From: an uncultured Clostridia bacterium
GTDB lineage: Bacteria; Bacillota; Sulfobacillia; SLMV01
Direction of reading: 5' to 3'
Length of the DNA stretch: 64,000 nt
Assembly (NCBI GenBank): GCA_964599275.1
Contig: CAZRFK010000002.1
Coordinates: forward strand, 95 to 64,094
Part shown: positions 59,678-64,000 of the stretch, one piece after another
How the letters are laid out: each line of letters begins with the position of its first letter
Numbering within the stretch: position 1 is the stretch's first letter
Translations under genes and position numbers: made by a program
The notes under the pieces: model-generated
Databases searched by the model: none
Seen by the model: only the letters and a program-made list of their open reading frames with translations
What the model was told of the DNA's origin: nothing

Positions 59678-59965
59678 ATGGTAGAAAGGCAAAGTGAGCA
59701 GGAGCAGATCCGCGAATCAGAATATACTATAAATCCAGACGTTTCACAGCCAGAAGCAGATGATGTGCTGGTTCAGGTGCACGAGGCTCTCCGTCAGCGG
59801 GGACATGATCCGGTGAAACAGATGGTAGGCTATCTATTATCTGGAGATCCTGCTTACATTACTGAGCATTCCGGAGCCAGGACTACAATTACCGAACTGG
59901 AGCGGGATCACCTGCTGGGTAAATTGGTAGCATTTTTTTTAGAGAAAACATCACAGCAACAGTGA
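59678..59965 (+). CDS. UPF0297/IreB family protein (YrzL orthologue, copy 2)
   Basis: HEALRQRGHDPVKQMVGYLLSGDPAYITEH..AR....LERDHLL; syntenic position after alaS; GAGAGG RBS before ATG 59678. Confidence 0.75.
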   Translation: MVERQSEQEQIRESEYTINPDVSQPEADDVLVQVHEALRQRGHDPVKQMVGYLLSGDPAYITEHSGARTTITELERDHLLGKLVAFFLEKTSQQQ

Positions 59966-60033
59966 TGCAGTTTAGGTATTGCGTGTAGCCTGCCAGCGGG
60001 TGAGTAGCTGGGGCTATCCAGCTGCATCCAAAT

Positions 60034-60789
60034 ATGGGAGGGGTGAGCCCAGCATTGATACCTCTCAATGATAATATTTCATCGAACCGAAGGCCGTGGA
60101 TGACATATATTCTACTGGCAGCCAATGTAGCAGTTTTTCTTTATCAAACTTCTCTGCCAGTGGGAGAGTTAAACACCCTTCTGGCTACTTATGGAGTAAT
60201 TCCGGCTCGCATTGGAAGTCCCCTTACCTTTTTGTTCCCGGGGCGTTGGCCGCAGTTGATTCCACTGGTGACGGCCATGTTCTTGCATGGTGGATGGTTG
60301 CATATAGGAACCAACATGCTCTATTTGTGGATATTCGGTGACAATGTGGAGGCCAGTATGGGATCGGGTCCTTTCCTGCTGTTCTACCTTCTTGCCGGGG
60401 TGCTTGGCAATATGGCGCATGTGATTTTCAATCTGGCGAGTGCAGTTCCGACCATTGGAGCAAGCGGAGCTATCGCTGGAGTATTGGGGGCCTATCTGGT
60501 GCTTTTTCCCCATGCCCGGGTTCTTGCTCTGATACCTCTGGGATTTTTCTTCACCGTTGCCGAGATTCCTGCGGTTATATTTTTAGCTGTCTGGTTTTTG
60601 CTTCAGTTGGTCAGCGGAATGTTCAGCCCTGCAGCTGCACAGCAGGTAGCCTGGTGGGCGCATATCGGCGGATTTCTGGCCGGGATGTTCTTACTGTTGT
60701 GGTTCAGAACCAATCCTTCGGCAGGAGCAGCACCGCGCCATGGTTCTTCTGATTCACAGGATGGAGAGGACCTCCAATGGCCAGAGTGA
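60034..60789 (+). CDS. rhomboid family intramembrane serine protease
   Basis: HGGWLHIGTNMLYLWIFG, catalytic GASGAIAGVLGAY serine motif and distal AH(I)GG histidine; six TM helices; start could be ATG 60100. Confidence 0.78.
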   Translation: MGGVSPALIPLNDNISSNRRPWMTYILLAANVAVFLYQTSLPVGELNTLLATYGVIPARIGSPLTFLFPGRWPQLIPLVTAMFLHGGWLHIGTNMLYLWIFGDNVEASMGSGPFLLFYLLAGVLGNMAHVIFNLASAVPTIGASGAIAGVLGAYLVLFPHARVLALIPLGFFFTVAEIPAVIFLAVWFLLQLVSGMFSPAAAQQVAWWAHIGGFLAGMFLLLWFRTNPSAGAAPRHGSSDSQDGEDLQWPE

Positions 60790-61226
60790 TGGCGCTGGAT
60801 ATCGGTCATAAGCGCATTGGTGTAGCTATAAGCGATCCTGCCGGCATTGTGGCTCAACCCCTGTGTGTATTGGAGTGGGGAACTGACGGGGAAAATAATC
60901 AGCTGCCAGATAGAAATGCGGTGTTTGAGCATATTAGAACCCTGTGTAGTCGCCACCAGGTGGAAGTTTTGGTGGTGGGGCTTCCCCGCAATATGGACGC
61001 CAGCCTGGGACCACAGGCACAGTATGTACTTGAATTTGTTGAAGGACTGCAGGGTTTGCTGGATTGTCGGGTGGTGACGGTAGACGAACGGTTGACTAGT
61101 CAGAGGGCAGAACAGGTACTAATAGAGGGGGACATGACTCGTAAGAGACGTAAACAGCATATTGATAAGTTGGCAGCCTCACTCATACTGCGTACTTATC
61201 TGGATAGAACTCAGTCAAACAATTGA
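60777..61226 (+). CDS. ruvX: Holliday-junction resolvase-like protein RuvX/YqgF
   Basis: ALDIGHKRIGVAISD start, RNase-H-like fold; 149 aa. Confidence 0.85.
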   Translation: MARVMALDIGHKRIGVAISDPAGIVAQPLCVLEWGTDGENNQLPDRNAVFEHIRTLCSRHQVEVLVVGLPRNMDASLGPQAQYVLEFVEGLQGLLDCRVVTVDERLTSQRAEQVLIEGDMTRKRRKQHIDKLAASLILRTYLDRTQSNN

Positions 61227-61282
61227 CAGGAATATGGCAGGGTATTCGCACAGAACATAAACGAGACGGGGGTGAATTTGAA

Positions 61283-61561
61283 ATGGCTCAAGAGCAGGAA
61301 CAGGAACAGGAACAGGTTCTAACGCTAATAGGTGATGATGGCGAGGAAATGCAGATGGAAGTTCTTGATTTTTTGAGCCTTGCCAAGGGGGATTATGTGG
61401 TTTGTGCGCCGATAGATGGTCCTGAGGATGAGGCTTATGCCTTCAGAGTGGTTGAAGGGGATGATGAGACTTATCTAGAAGATGTAGTAGATGAGAACGA
61501 GTGGGATGAAGTTGTCAATGCTTGGGAACAACGCATTGAAGAGGTAGAAGATGTAGAGTGA
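61283..61561 (+). CDS. DUF1292 (YrzB-like) acidic protein
   Basis: Motif pattern L.D..GEE...EVLDF......YVV..P and acidic tail; ATG 61283 after GGGGGTGA; syntenic with B. subtilis yrzB. Confidence 0.68.
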   Translation: MAQEQEQEQEQVLTLIGDDGEEMQMEVLDFLSLAKGDYVVCAPIDGPEDEAYAFRVVEGDDETYLEDVVDENEWDEVVNAWEQRIEEVEDVE

Positions 61562-61605
61562 TTGTTTCTACGGTTTGAAGGGTTCAGGGAGAGGAGAGGT
61601 CCGGA

Positions 61606-62649
61606 TTGCATTGGGTTGCACGTTCGGTGGCGCTGGGATTAGTTCTGGTGCTGGCCGTAGCGACTGCTGTTGGATACACTTACCTTAACAGTGCTTTAGA
61701 ACCGACTGCCCCCGAACGTGATGAAGCGGTTATGGTACAGGTGAAGTCTGGGATGAATTCCCGACAGCTGGCTCACGAGCTTCATGATCAAGGATTGATA
61801 GCAAATGCATGGGGATTTCATCTTCTGAGTCGATGGCGCGGGGTAGATGGTCAGATGCAGGCTGGGTGGTACAATCTCCGGTATAGCATGTCGGCCGAGG
61901 AAATATTAAAGCGTATTGTCAGTGGTGAAACAGCCAACAAACGTTTTACTATACCCGAGGGATTAACTGCTGAGCAGGTAGTTGACACACTTGTTCACCA
62001 GGAAATGGGCAAATCTCATGTGTTTGAAGAACTATTGTCAGCTCGAGAAAGGATAGAGGAGTTTTTACCAGAGGATTACGGCCCTGGACCAGTGTGTGAC
62101 AAGTTTGATCGCCCCAAAACACCTCTGGAAGGATATTTGCTGCCTGGAACTTATGAGGTTTCATGGGGAGCAACCGAAGAGGAGGTTCTGTCCCGACTTG
62201 TAGATGCAACAAAAGCTATATGGACGGAAGACCGACTCCAACGTGCCGAAAAGTTGGACCTCAGTATTCATGAGGTTTTAACTCTGGCATCCATAGTCGA
62301 AAGAGAGGCCCAGGCAGATGAAGAACGTCCGGTGATAGCTTCTGTGTTTTTGAATCGGTTGGATATAGGGATGAAGTTGGATGCATGTGCTACAGTTGCT
62401 TACATCCTGGGTGAGGCTGGAAGAAATATAACTACCGAAGAGACCCTTCTGGATACCCCATATAACACCTATAAATACGGAGGTCTCCCGCCCGGACCCA
62501 TTGCAAATCCGGGTATTGAAAGCATAGACGCAGTATTGAACCCCGCCTCAACAAGATATCTGTATTTTGTATCCCGCGGTGATGGTACTCATGCTTTTTC
62601 CGAGAATTATCAGCAGCACCTGCAAAAGGTGGATAAATATCAACGCTGA
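61606..62649 (+). CDS. mltG: endolytic murein transglycosylase MltG (YceG-like)
   Basis: N-terminal TM, YceG block (TIPEG.T..Q..D.L, ASIVEREA, DAC.TV.Y, YNTY...LPPGPI.NPG). Confidence 0.87.
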   Translation: MHWVARSVALGLVLVLAVATAVGYTYLNSALEPTAPERDEAVMVQVKSGMNSRQLAHELHDQGLIANAWGFHLLSRWRGVDGQMQAGWYNLRYSMSAEEILKRIVSGETANKRFTIPEGLTAEQVVDTLVHQEMGKSHVFEELLSARERIEEFLPEDYGPGPVCDKFDRPKTPLEGYLLPGTYEVSWGATEEEVLSRLVDATKAIWTEDRLQRAEKLDLSIHEVLTLASIVEREAQADEERPVIASVFLNRLDIGMKLDACATVAYILGEAGRNITTEETLLDTPYNTYKYGGLPPGPIANPGIESIDAVLNPASTRYLYFVSRGDGTHAFSENYQQHLQKVDKYQR

Positions 62650-62744
62650 GGAATTTATTTATTGAATGCACTTATCACCCTCTCTGTGCATAAGCTGTAA
62701 TTCAGCATTTTAAAGTGGTATTTATTCAGAGGGGGGCTCAGCCG

Positions 62745-63473
62745 ATGGAAATAGGCCTGCTGGCCTTGCTTGGGTTGGTGCTAGCCGAGGGTCTGTCGCT
62801 GCTTACGGGATATGTTACTGGTAAGAAGAGTTTTCCTGAGCCATTGAGCCGTAGCGAGGAAAAAGTGCTATTACAGCGAATGCAAAGAGGAGATCAACAA
62901 GCGCGTGACGAATTAATAGCTCACAATTTACGATTGGTAGCGCATGTTGTAAAGAAATTTGATAGCTCGCAAATTGACGATGAGGATATGATTTCTATTG
63001 GAACCATTGGATTGATAAAAGGAATTGATACATTTGATCCTAACAAGGGAGTACGGTTGGCCACCTATGCTGCAAAGTGCATTGAAAATGAGATTTTGAT
63101 GGCTTTTCGCAAACTTAAAGGCCCCCGTGAGGCTTCTCTGGAAGATCCAATCGGCACCGATCATGAAGGCAATGAAATAAGCCTCATGGACATTCTAAAC
63201 AATGATGATGAGCCGGTACCAGATTTCGTCAACCAGGCAATGTTGCAGGAACGTATGTTAGAAAGCCTGGATGTCCTGACTGACCGTGAGCGAGTGGTCA
63301 TTGAGATGAGATTTGGTTTGAATGGACAGAGAATGAGAACTCAGAGAGAAATTGCAGAAATACTGGATATTTCCAGGTCATATGTGTCAAGGATACAAAA
63401 GCGAAGTGTAAGCAAACTTGGTGAGGCAATGAGGAAGTATGCATCGCGGAGTGGAGCTACGCTGGGGGATTGA
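62745..63473 (+). CDS. sigK: sporulation pro-sigma factor of the SigE/SigK class, best matching pro-sigma-K (uninterrupted gene)
   Basis: Pro-sequence ..GYVTGKKSFPEPLS then HNLRLVAHVVKKF, ATYAAKCIENEILM, DPIGTDHEGNEISL, matching B. subtilis SigK blocks better than SigE; ATG 62745 after GAGGGGGG. Confidence 0.8.
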   Translation: MEIGLLALLGLVLAEGLSLLTGYVTGKKSFPEPLSRSEEKVLLQRMQRGDQQARDELIAHNLRLVAHVVKKFDSSQIDDEDMISIGTIGLIKGIDTFDPNKGVRLATYAAKCIENEILMAFRKLKGPREASLEDPIGTDHEGNEISLMDILNNDDEPVPDFVNQAMLQERMLESLDVLTDRERVVIEMRFGLNGQRMRTQREIAEILDISRSYVSRIQKRSVSKLGEAMRKYASRSGATLGD

Positions 63474-63497
63474 GAGTTGGGCGGAAGGAGTTCGCAT

Positions 63498-64000
63498 TTG
63501 AGTTTTGTAGATCTTTTGGTACCTGATCAGTATGTAGAAAGAGTGCAGCAGATAGATCTGGAGGGTCTGCTCGAAAATGGTATTCGTGCCCTTATCTGTG
63601 ATCTGGATAACACGCTGGTAGCATGGGGTTCTGAGGAAATTACTGAGAACACGCGGAGTTGGCTGAAAGAAGTTCACAGCAAGGGATTTGAAGTAATGAT
63701 TGTTTCAAATGCGTTATCAGGAAGGGTAAATCACCTTGCCGAACAGCTGGATTTGCCGGCAATCCCCCGCGCAAATAAGCCGCGGCGCCGGGGATACCGG
63801 CGCGCTCTGGACATGCTGGGAGTTTGTCCGGATGAGACGGCAGTAATAGGAGATCAATTGTTTACTGATGTGGTTGGGGGGAATCGATTAGGAATGAAAA
63901 CGATACTGGTGATTCCTCTTGCAGGAAAGGATTTTGTAGGCACACGGGCAGTGAGAATGGTTGAAAAACTTGCCCTGAACTATCTGACATGGAGAGGTCT
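63498..64000 (+). CDS. YqeG-family HAD-IIIA phosphatase, 3'-truncated by window end
   Basis: TTG start after GGAAGGAG; DLDNTLV HAD motif I, VSNA motif II, GDQLFTD motif IV. Confidence 0.65.
   Translation, partial: MSFVDLLVPDQYVERVQQIDLEGLLENGIRALICDLDNTLVAWGSEEITENTRSWLKEVHSKGFEVMIVSNALSGRVNHLAEQLDLPAIPRANKPRRRGYRRALDMLGVCPDETAVIGDQLFTDVVGGNRLGMKTILVIPLAGKDFVGTRAVRMVEKLALNYLTWRG

Noticed and set aside
62650-62744. Attempt to find a sigma-E/sigma-K consensus promoter upstream of sigK
   Set aside because: Only partial matches (CATAAG ... CATTTTA) with wrong spacing; cannot be supported from sequence alone
1-64000. CRISPR arrays, transposases/integrases, prophage or defence-island genes
   Set aside because: No repeat-spacer arrays and no ORF with recombinase/transposase motifs were seen; the window has conserved housekeeping synteny throughout

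Overview
Core chromosomal segment of a spore-forming Firmicute, with synteny close to the Bacillus/Clostridia secDF-recJ-relA-dtd-hisS-aspS, rarA-iscR-iscS-iscU and alaS-yrzL-ruvX-yrzB-mltG blocks. No transposases, integrases or CRISPR arrays were seen. The window opens with a spore-cortex remodelling cluster: a truncated CAP/YkwD protein, sleB, ypeB, a PdaA-like deacetylase and an L,D-transpeptidase. Other sporulation-associated genes are spoVT, a DUF421/YetF protein, an alpha/beta-type SASP, a GerMN/SLH protein, an AI-2E (YtvI-like) transporter and an intact pro-sigma-K gene. Metabolic content includes a split oxaloacetate-decarboxylase-type module (gamma, biotin carrier and carboxyltransferase, with no beta subunit nearby), sucCD, a family-III CoA-transferase, a threonine-synthase-like enzyme, murT-gatD, trxB, an amidohydrolase, a threonine aldolase and an S9 peptidase. 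There is one tRNA-Pro(CGG). The most unusual local features are five. (1) A decayed ABC-class ATPase gene carrying an in-frame stop and at least three frameshifts, sitting directly upstream of a compact PP2C phosphatase and a 117-aa mini P-loop protein. (2) A GatD homologue whose conserved nucleophile Cys is replaced by Ser. (3) Two divergent IreB/UPF0297 paralogues, one beside alaS and one beside spoVT. (4) A rhomboid protease inserted into the conserved alaS-yrzL-ruvX block. (5) A structured leader hairpin between the SD and start codon of sucC. All functional calls rest on my own reading of the translated ORFs (motifs and remembered homologues); no searches were run.
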